NCBI GenBank assembly: GCA_041674105.1
Contig: JBAYWK010000003.1
Location: 11,971-75,970, forward strand
Reading direction: 5' to 3'
Length of the DNA stretch: 64,000 nucleotides
Source: Minisyncoccota bacterium
Lineage (GTDB): Bacteria > Patescibacteriota > Minisyncoccia > Phycocordibacterales > DATDWN01
Shown here: in pieces, positions 21,993 through 30,957 of the stretch
How the letters are laid out: each line of letters opens with the position of its first letter
Numbering within the stretch: the first letter of the stretch is position 1
The notes under the pieces: model-generated
What the model saw: the letters and a program-made list of their open reading frames with translations, nothing else
What the model was told of the DNA's origin: nothing
Databases searched by the model: none
Position numbers and translations under genes: made by a program

Positions 21993-22787
21993 ATGCGAAA
22001 TGTCGCACTTTTGCTCGTCCTTTTCTGCCTTGTCCTTTCGGGCAATGCTACACCAATCATGCCTTCGTTTGACGGTGCACCGGTGGGAGGGTGGACAACT
22101 GACCGTTATCAACCCAATACATTTGCCGACATCGGCACATTTCAGGGACGTAACGATGTTCTTCGGATCGGCATTGATGCCGCCCAAGGACTCGGCAACC
22201 GTGGCGGTCAGAACAGTCAATTCTACAACACGCAGGGTATGCAATACCTTGTGTCAGGTGGAGCTGGATCTGTATTGTCGGCTGACCTCTGGATACCAGA
22301 GGAATGGGCCATAGAGTCAAATGGCTCGCGTCGTACGGATATGTGGGGCATCATGCAAGACGGTGCAGCAAATGTATCCGGCTATCCCATTTTGGGATTC
22401 ACCAATTACGGAGGAGTTGGGATGTTCCGAGCATGGAACGACTCTGGCTCTGGAAGTTGGCAAATTTTGTCCGACAATGTCCAGTACGGAGCCTGGAACT
22501 CATTGGCAATTGTCTTTACCGGGACAGACTACGAGTACCATGTGAATGGTACGAATAGCTGGAGCAACACTGTTCCTGCTGGGACTGTTGGTTTTAAAGG
22601 CCTGATCATGCAGGCCTACAACTTCAACGGGGATACTTCAATCCCTAACTCTGTAACAGCGGGTGGTGTCGGAAATTACGACGCTAATTGGGCGAATGCA
22701 TCCCAGGTTCCGGAACCTGGGACTTGGCTTCTGTCCGGACTGGGACTTCTTGGTCTCGGTCTCTGGCGTCGTCGCCAGATCTCATAA
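21993..22787 (+). CDS. Secreted protein with C-terminal PEP-CTERM sorting domain
   Basis: Signal peptide; C-terminus VPEPGTWLLSGLGLLGLGLWRRR; GAGGTG SD; visibly GC-richer than flanks. Confidence 0.88.
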   Translation: MRNVALLLVLFCLVLSGNATPIMPSFDGAPVGGWTTDRYQPNTFADIGTFQGRNDVLRIGIDAAQGLGNRGGQNSQFYNTQGMQYLVSGGAGSVLSADLWIPEEWAIESNGSRRTDMWGIMQDGAANVSGYPILGFTNYGGVGMFRAWNDSGSGSWQILSDNVQYGAWNSLAIVFTGTDYEYHVNGTNSWSNTVPAGTVGFKGLIMQAYNFNGDTSIPNSVTAGGVGNYDANWANASQVPEPGTWLLSGLGLLGLGLWRRRQIS

Positions 22788-22806
22788 GGGAGAGTACCTT
22801 TCAACC

Positions 22807-22838
22807 AAAAGCCGTGGGTTTACACCTACGGCTTTTTT
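22807..22838 (+). terminator. Intrinsic terminator
   Basis: aaaagccgtggg...cctacggctttttt. Confidence 0.8.
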
Positions 22839-22920
22839 ATTATTCCAAAAAAGTTTTTTAGATTCTTATACAAATTAAGAACTAAAACAATTAAGAGTTA
22901 ATATTTAATAACCACTACAA

Positions 22921-23050
22921 CAACACATTTCTGGAGCCTCCGCAGGCCTTGAGCATGGTTTCGTCAAGACACCCCGTTCTTGACGAATCAAGGCCGAGGA
23001 CAGCCAAACAAACTCGCTGGAGTTTGTGAGGGTGCGACAGAAGTGTGTTG
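22921..23050 (+). repeat. 130-nt structured dispersed element, copy 2
   Basis: Near-identical to 14574-14703; closing stem extended by accacta/tagtggt. Confidence 0.9.
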
Positions 23051-23057
23051 TAGTGGT

Positions 23058-23222
23058 CTAGCTGGTCAAACTAAAAAATACTCCCAAGTAGTATGGCCAC
23101 AAAACTATAGCCAAAACACCTTGCCAAAAAGCAAGTTTAAGGTATCCCAGTGTGAATAGCCACCCGACTATCCAAAGACCACCAAGACAACCGCTATCAT
23201 TTTTTATTTTTATTTTTTCCAT
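23058..23222 (-). CDS. Unannotated 54-aa membrane protein
   Basis: MEKIKIKNDSGCLGGLWIVGWLFTLGYLKLAFWQGVLAIVLWPYYLGVFFSLTS; TATAAT just upstream on the minus strand. Confidence 0.7.
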   Translation of the reverse strand: MEKIKIKNDSGCLGGLWIVGWLFTLGYLKLAFWQGVLAIVLWPYYLGVFFSLTS

Positions 23223-23276
23223 GACTTTATTATAAAATTTTTTAATAAAAAAAGTCCAATCGCATAGGAAAGGACT

Positions 23277-23480
23277 TTATTCTTTATTGAAACCTCCACA
23301 TTTCAATATCGCTTCTTTGACTGTTATGATAGATTCCACTACATTGATTTGCCATTCTATAAAAGAGTTTCCAAACCTACCCAAATGGTTTCCTTTATGT
23401 CCTCTTGGTAATATACAAGAGGTTTTTTCATCTTCAAATGGGTAAAATATAAAACGCATTTTACATTCACGCATTTTCAA
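23277..23480 (-). CDS. Small Cys/His-motif hypothetical protein
   Basis: AGAGGAGG SD; CILPRGHKGNH motif. Confidence 0.6.
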   Translation of the reverse strand: MKMRECKMRFIFYPFEDEKTSCILPRGHKGNHLGRFGNSFIEWQINVVESIITVKEAILKCGGFNKE

Positions 23481-23567
23481 AACCTCCTCTACAAATAATT
23501 ATATAGTATTCTGCCACTTTGCATATAATTTGTTTTGTTATAGGATTGAAATGGGGAGGAGAGAAGT

Positions 23568-24068
23568 ATGTCTGAATTTCAAGAAATGTTGAAAGTTGAT
23601 TCTGAAGACACCCTTAGATTCTTTTTTAGTTCTTTACTCCAGGTGTTAGTAAATAATAAGAAACCATATAAAGAATCTCAGCTTCTTTATGTCTCAAGTG
23701 TCTTGGCTCATTACGCCCAAGTGACAAGAGGTGGTGATGAGTCAAAACCAGTTTTGGCTGGTCTTACGGACATTTTTGACCTCTTTATTATAAACAGAGA
23801 AGTGCCGACTGATGCTGATATTTTAGAGTGGGGGGGATCCCAGATAATATTATTTGCTGGGTTTTTCCGAGATCAAATGAGAAGAAGACACAATCCTGCT
23901 TTTTATGACAGGATAGGACAAGCTCTATACCTCAGGGCTAGTCGAGAAAAAAGTTATAAACAAAGAGGCTTTTTTGAAGAGCTATCTTCGAATGTTCCTT
24001 TTTGGACAAGTAGTTGTTGTCGTCTAAGCAGGTATCTTAGGCACCAAAGATATTTATTAAATAATTGA
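23568..24068 (+). CDS. Hypothetical helical protein
   Basis: GGAGG SD, intact 166-aa ORF, hairpin after the stop. Confidence 0.7.
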   Translation: MSEFQEMLKVDSEDTLRFFFSSLLQVLVNNKKPYKESQLLYVSSVLAHYAQVTRGGDESKPVLAGLTDIFDLFIINREVPTDADILEWGGSQIILFAGFFRDQMRRRHNPAFYDRIGQALYLRASREKSYKQRGFFEELSSNVPFWTSSCCRLSRYLRHQRYLLNN

Positions 24069-24073
24069 TGAAT

Positions 24074-24102
24074 AAAAAAACTGCGGACATATGTCCGCAG
24101 TT
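24074..24102. terminator. Terminator between convergent genes
   Basis: aaaaaactgcggacat/atgtccgcagtt. Confidence 0.75.
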
Positions 24103-24110
24103 CCTCTATA

Positions 24111-25289
24111 TTACTCTACAAATGTTAGAGCTTTTCCAGTTTTACCTGCACGGCCAGTACGGCCTATTCGGTGAATGTAATCTTCATAAGTAGATGGTAG
24201 TTCATAGTTTATAACATGACTCACATTTGGGATATCTAGTCCTCTGGCAGCCACATCTGTAGCAACTAAAATTTGACTTCGGTTATCTTTAAATTGACTA
24301 AGAGCCCTTTGTCTTTGACTATGGTTTTTGTCTCCATGTATAGATTCAGCTTTGAAACCACGGTCTGAGAGCATAACAGATAGTTTTTCTACTCCGTGTT
24401 TTGTTCTACCAAAGATCAAGACCTTATTAAATTCTGGTTTGATCAAAAGATTGTGAAGTATTTCTAATTTTGGACCATTTTTAACATAGATGACATCTTG
24501 GTCTACACTGTGAGCTGTGTCTCTGGTTTTGACAGATATGCTGACAGGATCATTTAAGAATTCATTTATTATTTTCTTTATTTCAGGCGATAGGGTGGCT
24601 GAGAAAAACAAAGTGTGTCTTTCTTTCGGCATTCCTTTCATTAGAAATCTCATATCATTTATAAATCCCATATCAAGCATTCTGTCTGCTTCATCTAAAA
24701 CTATTGTTTGAAATTGATTTAGATCTATCGATTTTCTTTCTACCAAGTCTTTTATTCTTCCTGGTGTACCAATAACAAAGTGGAAACCTCTACGGAGTTC
24801 ATTTATTTGTTTGTATATAGGCATTCCTCCGACGACACAAACAGAAAAGATAGATAGTCCGTAGGCAAATTTTGTCAGCTCTTGGTTTATTTGTATAGCC
24901 AGTTCTCTTGTTGGAGCCATGATCAAAACTTTTTGACTTTTATCTTCAAAAATTTTGTTCAAAAGTGGTATGACAAAAGCTGCTGTCTTTCCAGTTCCTG
25001 TGTTGGCTATTCCAACAATATCTTTACCTTTTAGTATGTGTGGTATAGATTCATCTTGTATTGGGGTAGGTTGGTTATAACCGTATCTCAAAACATTTTT
25101 TTTCAATCTGTCATTTATAACAAAATCTGCAAACGAGTTTGTTGGTATATACGGTTTTTCTTCTACGACAATATCAGCTTTTTTTATAAACTTTGATATA
25201 TCACTGAAGTATTTTTTATTTGGGCTAGTTTTTCTAAACACCCTATGACTGCCGAAGCTTTGTGCTCGGCCATTTCTTTTTTTAAACAT
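24111..25289 (-). CDS. DEAD-box RNA helicase
   Basis: Q motif PTPIQ, TGTGKT, PTRELA, DEAD, SAT, ARGLD, HRIGRTGR. Confidence 0.96.
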   Translation of the reverse strand: MFKKRNGRAQSFGSHRVFRKTSPNKKYFSDISKFIKKADIVVEEKPYIPTNSFADFVINDRLKKNVLRYGYNQPTPIQDESIPHILKGKDIVGIANTGTGKTAAFVIPLLNKIFEDKSQKVLIMAPTRELAIQINQELTKFAYGLSIFSVCVVGGMPIYKQINELRRGFHFVIGTPGRIKDLVERKSIDLNQFQTIVLDEADRMLDMGFINDMRFLMKGMPKERHTLFFSATLSPEIKKIINEFLNDPVSISVKTRDTAHSVDQDVIYVKNGPKLEILHNLLIKPEFNKVLIFGRTKHGVEKLSVMLSDRGFKAESIHGDKNHSQRQRALSQFKDNRSQILVATDVAARGLDIPNVSHVINYELPSTYEDYIHRIGRTGRAGKTGKALTFVE

Positions 25290-25387
25290 ATTATTCTTCT
25301 AGTCTTTAGATTAAACGTAAGACGACTAGGTCTCTCGTAAATTCCAAGAAGAATATATTGATTTGAGAGATATTAACTTACCCTGTA

Positions 25388-25416
25388 AGTATAGTATATT
25401 AGGCAATGCTTGTCAA
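25388..25416 (-). promoter_or_regulatory. sigma70 promoter of the DEAD-box gene
   Basis: TTGACA-N17-TATACT on the minus strand, about 100 nt upstream of the ATG. Confidence 0.75.
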
Positions 25417-25514
25417 GCTTTTTTATAAGAATTATTTAAAATAGAAAAGGACTCCGCAAAAAAAGCTAAAAGTCCTCTGATTTTTTTGAGCATCTTCCGA
25501 AAAAAGTTTTCCTC

Positions 25515-25847
25515 TCATTCTTCTTTTTTGAAAGATACTTGAACGTTATTTTTTATGAGCTCATGTGCGATTTGAACCTCAGTTCCATTCAGATTGCTTG
25601 TATAGATATAAACGATTTGAATAGAACTGTTGTCTCTGACAGAAAGTATAAAGGATCCTTTCCCTCCCTCAGATATTTTTACTTTTCTATTACCGTTTGC
25701 GGATTTCAAACCTGCCTTGATCAAACCAGGGCTAATTTTATTAACCCCCTTTATTTTTACCAAAAGGTCGCAGACTTGGGCAGCAAATGGGGTTAAGGTC
25801 GTGTGGTTGCCCGTATATTTTCCACCCGACCTTGAATATTTTGACAT
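25515..25847 (-). CDS. DUF2103-like protein
   Basis: GNHTTL, ISPGLI, SVRDNSSIQIVYIYT pattern recalled for this family. Confidence 0.6.
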   Translation of the reverse strand: MSKYSRSGGKYTGNHTTLTPFAAQVCDLLVKIKGVNKISPGLIKAGLKSANGNRKVKISEGGKGSFILSVRDNSSIQIVYIYTSNLNGTEVQIAHELIKNNVQVSFKKEE

Positions 25848-25972
25848 AAATTTTTTCCTCCTTCTGTATTATAACAAATTATTTTATTTTTGTAAATAGG
25901 TGTTATTTGATAAAGAGTGAGTATTAGAAGAGTTAGAATGATTTAATAAAACTATTTTGATATAATTTGTGT

Positions 25973-26419
25973 ATGAATAAAAATATAATTATAGGTGTAG
26001 CAGCACTCGGAGGTATTTTATTAGTTGGAGCTTTATTTTCCAAAACTTCTCAAGATTCCAAAGAAAATATTAAAATTGAAAAGGGAAGTGATGTGGTGAC
26101 TTTATCGGAAAAGATTCCAGCTCAAATACCGATATATCCTTATACAAAAGTGAGAAATTCTACTGAATCTAGCCAAAATGGAAAAGACTATTTTTCTTTT
26201 AGTATTTCAGCAAAGGCTACAATAGCAGAAGTAAATGATTGGTATCGTGAGGCACTTGGTCAAAATGGATGGAGGATTACAGGTGATGAAAATATCGCTG
26301 GTTACCAGATTATTAAAGGAGAGAATCAAAATCTTTATACATCAATGCAAGTAGCAAATGGCGATGAATCTGGAACTGTAATAATAAGCCAACAGGTTCA
26401 GATAAGACCAACCAATTAG
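25973..26419 (+). CDS. Membrane-anchored hypothetical protein
   Basis: N-terminal hydrophobic anchor; IPIYP and WYREALGQNGW. Confidence 0.7.
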   Translation: MNKNIIIGVAALGGILLVGALFSKTSQDSKENIKIEKGSDVVTLSEKIPAQIPIYPYTKVRNSTESSQNGKDYFSFSISAKATIAEVNDWYREALGQNGWRITGDENIAGYQIIKGENQNLYTSMQVANGDESGTVIISQQVQIRPTN

Positions 26420-26450
26420 GTTGGTTATACTTATATAAATAGTTTTGTCC

Positions 26451-26588
26451 GCTCCCTGCGACCAGGGATCTCGAATCTTACAGATTCTGTACACCTGTTC
26501 TGTTTTTTGTTTCGTAAACTTACAAAAAACTATCACAAGTTTTCGAGCCCTGACGAAATCAGATAACATCTGATTTCTTTCGCGAAGC
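26451..26588. repeat. Degenerate direct and inverted copies of the tRNA-Asn 3' end
   Basis: gctccctgcgaccagggatctcgaa (26451-26475) versus gctccgcgaccagggctcgaa in the tRNA; inverted ttcgagccctg...tcgcgaagc (26542-26588). Confidence 0.7.
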
Positions 26589-26621
26589 AAAACAAAAACC
26601 CCATAAGGGGTTTGTTGTTTG

Positions 26622-26694
26622 CTCCGCGACCAGGGCTCGAACCTGGGACCCTCCCGTTAACAGCGGGGCGCTCTACCGGCTGAGCTATCGCGGA
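26622..26694 (-). tRNA. tRNA-Asn(GTT), CCA not encoded
   Basis: TCCGCGA acceptor stem, TAGCTCAG D arm, CTGTTAA anticodon loop, GGTTCGAGCC T arm. Confidence 0.96.
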
Positions 26695-26844
26695 ATGTTA
26701 TAGAATTTATCTGATTATTATTATCTATCTAATAACCAGAATGAATTTTACAACTTATCAGCTTAACCAAAGGCCTGTCCAAAACAAATATTATCAGAAT
26801 TATAACATAATGCAACCTTAAAAAATGTGGTCTATAATTAGTAT

Positions 26845-27057
26845 ATGTACATAAAAGTGAAAGTCACTGCAGATTCTAAAAAAGAGGAAGTTGTTCAAAA
26901 AAATGATGACACGTGGTTAGTTTCTGTGAAGGAGCCTGCTTCTGAAAATAGAGCTAACAATAGAGTTAGAGAAATCTTAAAATTTTATTTTCAGACCAAT
27001 AATATAAGACTCATAAACGGACATAAATCCCCAAATAAACTCTTTTTAATAAATTGA
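26845..27057 (+). CDS. DUF167/YggU family protein
   Basis: VKVT, VKEPASENRAN, GHKSPNK. Confidence 0.8.
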   Translation: MYIKVKVTADSKKEEVVQKNDDTWLVSVKEPASENRANNRVREILKFYFQTNNIRLINGHKSPNKLFLIN

Positions 27058-27119
27058 TTAAGTCTACTTCGGTGGTATAATTAGTTTGTAGACATTTAGT
27101 AATTTAAATACTAAAAAAT

Positions 27120-27494
27120 ATGAATATAAAAATTACTTCAACAAACTTTGATTTAACTCCAGCAATAGAAGAATACATAACAAAAAAAATGTTAATGATA
27201 GATAAATTTTTTAAAGAAAATGAAGAGGTTTTGTGTGAAGTAGAAATAGGTAAGACCACAAATAGACACAAGTCAGGAGATATTTTCAAAGCCGAAGTCA
27301 ATATGTCATGTGAAGGTAGTCAATTTTACTGCGTTGTAGAGAAAGATGATCTGTATGCATCCATTGATGAAGTCAAAGATGGGGTAGAAAGGTCTGTCGT
27401 TTCAGATAAGACTAAAAAAATAACACTATTTAGAAAAGGTTCAGGTAAAATAAAAGCATTATTAAAAAGATTATATAATAGAAAAAATGATTAA
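27120..27494 (+). CDS. raiA: Ribosome hibernation factor HPF/RaiA
   Basis: MNIKIT..LTPAIEEY, AEVN, DLYASID. Confidence 0.88.
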   Translation: MNIKITSTNFDLTPAIEEYITKKMLMIDKFFKENEEVLCEVEIGKTTNRHKSGDIFKAEVNMSCEGSQFYCVVEKDDLYASIDEVKDGVERSVVSDKTKKITLFRKGSGKIKALLKRLYNRKND

Positions 27495-27648
27495 AACAGG
27501 AAAATTTAATGATAGAGCTGGTCATGCATTGTCTGCTTTTGTAATACTGTGTATATGTATTACTGTCGGATTACTTTATATTTTACAAAAAGCAGAGCAA
27601 ACAGCTTCAAATATGTATCCTGTCGCGTATTACGGTGGCAATATCTAG
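27487..27648 (+). CDS. Unannotated 53-aa single-transmembrane protein (pilin-like N-terminus)
   Basis: MIKTGKFNDRAG-HALSAFVILCICITVGLLYIL...; overlaps the raiA stop and fills the gap to fmt. Confidence 0.55.
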   Translation: MIKTGKFNDRAGHALSAFVILCICITVGLLYILQKAEQTASNMYPVAYYGGNI

Positions 27649-28511
27649 TGTAACCCTCTCTCAAATTCTTTAAAATTCATCTCTCTTTTTCCTTCCGGCA
27701 CCACTCTATCTAAGATGAGTTTACCTTCTTCTATATGAGCGGTTTTTATGACTAGTCTTATAGTTTTTTCTTTATGTTTAAAAAAAGTAAAAGCACCTGG
27801 CCAAAGGTGATAAGCTCTTATTTTCCTCAGATTTAGATCTGGGTCTCCATCAAGACTTATCTCTCCATCTTGTTTCTGTATTTTTCTACAAAAAGTAGCT
27901 TCTTCATCTTGTTGAGGAGTTTCTTTTATTTCATCACTAATCCACTTGGGTAAGATCTCAGATAGCATCTGACCACCTTTTTCAGCTAGGATATTTTCTA
28001 AATCCATTGCGTATGGTGGCCAATTTTCTATTTTTATTTTTTGTTGAGAGACTATTGGACCATGATCCATTTCTTTATCTAATTTAATTATAGTTACTCC
28101 AGTTTCATTTTCCTCCAAGATAGAGCTTTGGATAGGAGAAGCTCCTCTTAATTTTGGTAGTAAAGAAGGGTGAACATTTAAGGTTTTATGTTTTGGTATG
28201 TTTAAAATATCTTCGGGAATTATCTTTCCGTAAGAGGCCACAATAAAAACATCTGGATTTTTTATTGTTTCTCCAATCATTTTTTCAACTGAACTGTCTT
28301 TTAGAGTTTTTGGCTGTATAAAAGGGATATTTTCTTTCAAGGTCCAGTCTTTTACTTCTGGAGGAGTCAGTATTAATTTTCTACCTTTAGGTTTATCTTC
28401 TGTCGTAATTATTAAGCTAGGTAAAAAACCATTTTTTTTTAACTCATCTAAAACAATTACTGAAAATCTAGATGTCCCAAAAAAAGCAAAATTTATATTA
28501 TTTTTTTCCAT
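27645..28511 (-). CDS. fmt: Methionyl-tRNA formyltransferase
   Basis: FFGTS, DKPKGRK, NVHPSLLPKLRGASPIQ, MDHGP. Confidence 0.95.
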   Translation of the reverse strand: MEKNNINFAFFGTSRFSVIVLDELKKNGFLPSLIITTEDKPKGRKLILTPPEVKDWTLKENIPFIQPKTLKDSSVEKMIGETIKNPDVFIVASYGKIIPEDILNIPKHKTLNVHPSLLPKLRGASPIQSSILEENETGVTIIKLDKEMDHGPIVSQQKIKIENWPPYAMDLENILAEKGGQMLSEILPKWISDEIKETPQQDEEATFCRKIQKQDGEISLDGDPDLNLRKIRAYHLWPGAFTFFKHKEKTIRLVIKTAHIEEGKLILDRVVPEGKREMNFKEFERGLH

Positions 28512-29028
28512 TTGATACTTCAGGAGTTATTTCTTCTAAATTTTTGGCTTTATCTATAAAAAGGGTTCCTATTAGGTGATCCGTCTCATGTTGGAAAGCT
28601 TGTGCTAAAAGTCCAGATCCTCCCCTTACAAATTTAACTCCGTTTTCATCGTAAGCTTCTACAGATGCCTTAACAAATCTTTTCACTTTTCCATAAAGAT
28701 ATCTGACAGAAAGACATCCTTCTTCCATCATTTTCTTTTCTTTTGAAACTTTAATTATTTTGGGATTTATATAGACAGTATCTTCTAGTGTTCTCTCTGG
28801 GTCTGTCTTTTTATTTGAAAATTGTGATATTTTTCCAGATATAACAAAAATCTTTAGGGAATATCCTATCTGAGGTGCGGCTATAGCTACGCCATCATCT
28901 TGGGACGCTAAAGCTTCTTTCATCTCTCTTATTATTTTCTGTATTTTAGATGTTTTTATTTTCTCAACCGGTACTTCTTTTGCTATTTCTCGGAGTACGG
29001 GAGCCTCTTTTTGTAGGATAACTTTCAT
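28498..29028 (-). CDS. def: Peptide deformylase
   Basis: GVAIAAPQIG, EGCLS, QHETDHL. Confidence 0.96.
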   Translation of the reverse strand: MKVILQKEAPVLREIAKEVPVEKIKTSKIQKIIREMKEALASQDDGVAIAAPQIGYSLKIFVISGKISQFSNKKTDPERTLEDTVYINPKIIKVSKEKKMMEEGCLSVRYLYGKVKRFVKASVEAYDENGVKFVRGGSGLLAQAFQHETDHLIGTLFIDKAKNLEEITPEVSNGKK

Positions 29029-29044
29029 AGTTGTTTCTAGGATA

Positions 29045-30949
29045 TCATAAAAGAGTATCAGGGTCTATTTTGACCATTACATATGGAGGTAGACTTTTTA
29101 GTTTGATCAAAAGATTGTTATCAACCCAAGAACCTTTCGGTAAAGATATTAGTCCATGTATTGTATACTTTTTCAGAGTTCCAGGGTTGAATGCATCAAA
29201 AGATGATACTTCATATGGTTTTAACTGTTCAATTATTTCTGTCATATGTTTTTTGATAGTATTCTTTTCACCTTCTAGTGTTATTTTTATGTATGTAGCA
29301 AATGGGGGATAGTTTGTAATCCTTCTCTCTTCTTTTTCGTCTCTATAAAAATCAATCAAGTTTCCTTTTAGTGCATAATCAAATATCTTTGTATTTTTCT
29401 GTCTTGTCTGGACTAGCATATTTTTATCTGATAGAGATCTCATCGTCAGTAGTATGTGAAATATTTTTTCACTGATTCTAAAGTCAGGTATTGAAAAGAA
29501 AGAGTCCATAGAAATAACGGCTGAGTTTTGGATTTTTTGATGGAGATACATTAAAGCCATTTCTGTACCAATCAAAATACTTCCAGGGTCATTATAAAAC
29601 TGATCTCTTATTTTTACAGCTTGTTTGTGTGTAGTGACATGGTCTTTGTCCAATATATATATTGGACTATCTGGAAAAAGATCCGAAACTACTTCTGCTA
29701 TTTTATCTACACCTATACCTAAGGGATTTAGCCTCCATCCGCCACAATGAATACAGAGCTCGTTAGCATCTCTTCTTTCTCCACAATGATGGCAAACAAA
29801 TAGGTTTTTATTTTCACCTTTTAAATTTTTTTTAGCGTACAAAACCACTGGGGCATTACAGTTTTTACAGGTCACTGTCGTTCCGCAGTCACTACAGACA
29901 GTAGAAGGGTATAGACCTTTTCTTCCACAAAACAGAAAAGTTAGTTCGGAATTTTCTCGCGCTTTATATAGCATCTTTTTCAATTCATCACTTAATAAAG
30001 GAAACTCTTTGCTTTTTTGATCTTGAGGTACACGCATATCAACTAGTTTACACTCAGCACTAGTCAGAGCTCTGTATTTTAGAGGGGATAGCTCATTATA
30101 CATACCGGTCTGCTCTTCTGATAGAGTTTCTATTCTGAGTAAGATGTCTCCCAAAATCAGTCTTTTATTTGATTTTTTGGCAATTATTTCTACAACATTT
30201 CGCATATCTAGAAATGGTCTAGATTGCATTTTGTAGGCCCTAGAAGTCTCTTTTTCAAAAATAATAGTTTGAATATTGTCTTTTGGTATAGATAAAAATG
30301 ATGCTGTGCTAATTATTAAAACGGGGTGTTTTTCTTTTATTATTTTATTCCATGTCTCTATGATTTCTTTTTTTGATAAGTAACTATGGAGAATATAAGT
30401 GTAGGTTTCTATACCTTTTTCTAGAGATTTCTGTGCGTATTTCAGGTCTTCTATTGTTGGAACACAAAAAAATAAACTATTATTTCTGGCAAATTCTTCT
30501 CTTATAAGACTTTTATACACCGTATATCTTTCTTCTGTGTCGGCTTGCAGGAGTGATGTCTCATAGAAAGAATTTTTATTTTCTTTATGTTCTTTTATTT
30601 CTTCTATACTTTTATTTTCTTCTAATATTATTTTTGGAACTAATGCATTTAAAACTGAACCTATACTACAAGCATTGTAATCTGCTATATGTTCAACACT
30701 TTTTATAAAATTGGATGAAAGTATTTTCTTGTTATAATTGCTTTCTATTTTTTTTATATTATAGGAAAGAGATTTGATTTCAGATTTTGCCACCAAAGCA
30801 CTTTTGGTGCCAACAACTAATCCATATATATTTTTTTTACGGACAGATATTTTTACTAGAGAACCCTCAAAGATTTTATCACGAGAAAAATAGGTAAGCG
30901 TATCTTTACCGATTCCACGAGATATAGGAATTACTGTAACTATATGCAT
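29045..30949 (-). CDS. priA: Primosomal protein N' (degenerate helicase motifs)
   Basis: Four CxxC pairs, GVDKI, TNYPPF; adjacent to def-fmt. Confidence 0.85.
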   Translation of the reverse strand: MHIVTVIPISRGIGKDTLTYFSRDKIFEGSLVKISVRKKNIYGLVVGTKSALVAKSEIKSLSYNIKKIESNYNKKILSSNFIKSVEHIADYNACSIGSVLNALVPKIILEENKSIEEIKEHKENKNSFYETSLLQADTEERYTVYKSLIREEFARNNSLFFCVPTIEDLKYAQKSLEKGIETYTYILHSYLSKKEIIETWNKIIKEKHPVLIISTASFLSIPKDNIQTIIFEKETSRAYKMQSRPFLDMRNVVEIIAKKSNKRLILGDILLRIETLSEEQTGMYNELSPLKYRALTSAECKLVDMRVPQDQKSKEFPLLSDELKKMLYKARENSELTFLFCGRKGLYPSTVCSDCGTTVTCKNCNAPVVLYAKKNLKGENKNLFVCHHCGERRDANELCIHCGGWRLNPLGIGVDKIAEVVSDLFPDSPIYILDKDHVTTHKQAVKIRDQFYNDPGSILIGTEMALMYLHQKIQNSAVISMDSFFSIPDFRISEKIFHILLTMRSLSDKNMLVQTRQKNTKIFDYALKGNLIDFYRDEKEERRITNYPPFATYIKITLEGEKNTIKKHMTEIIEQLKPYEVSSFDAFNPGTLKKYTIHGLISLPKGSWVDNNLLIKLKSLPPYVMVKIDPDTLL

Positions 30950-30957
30950 AGAGCATA

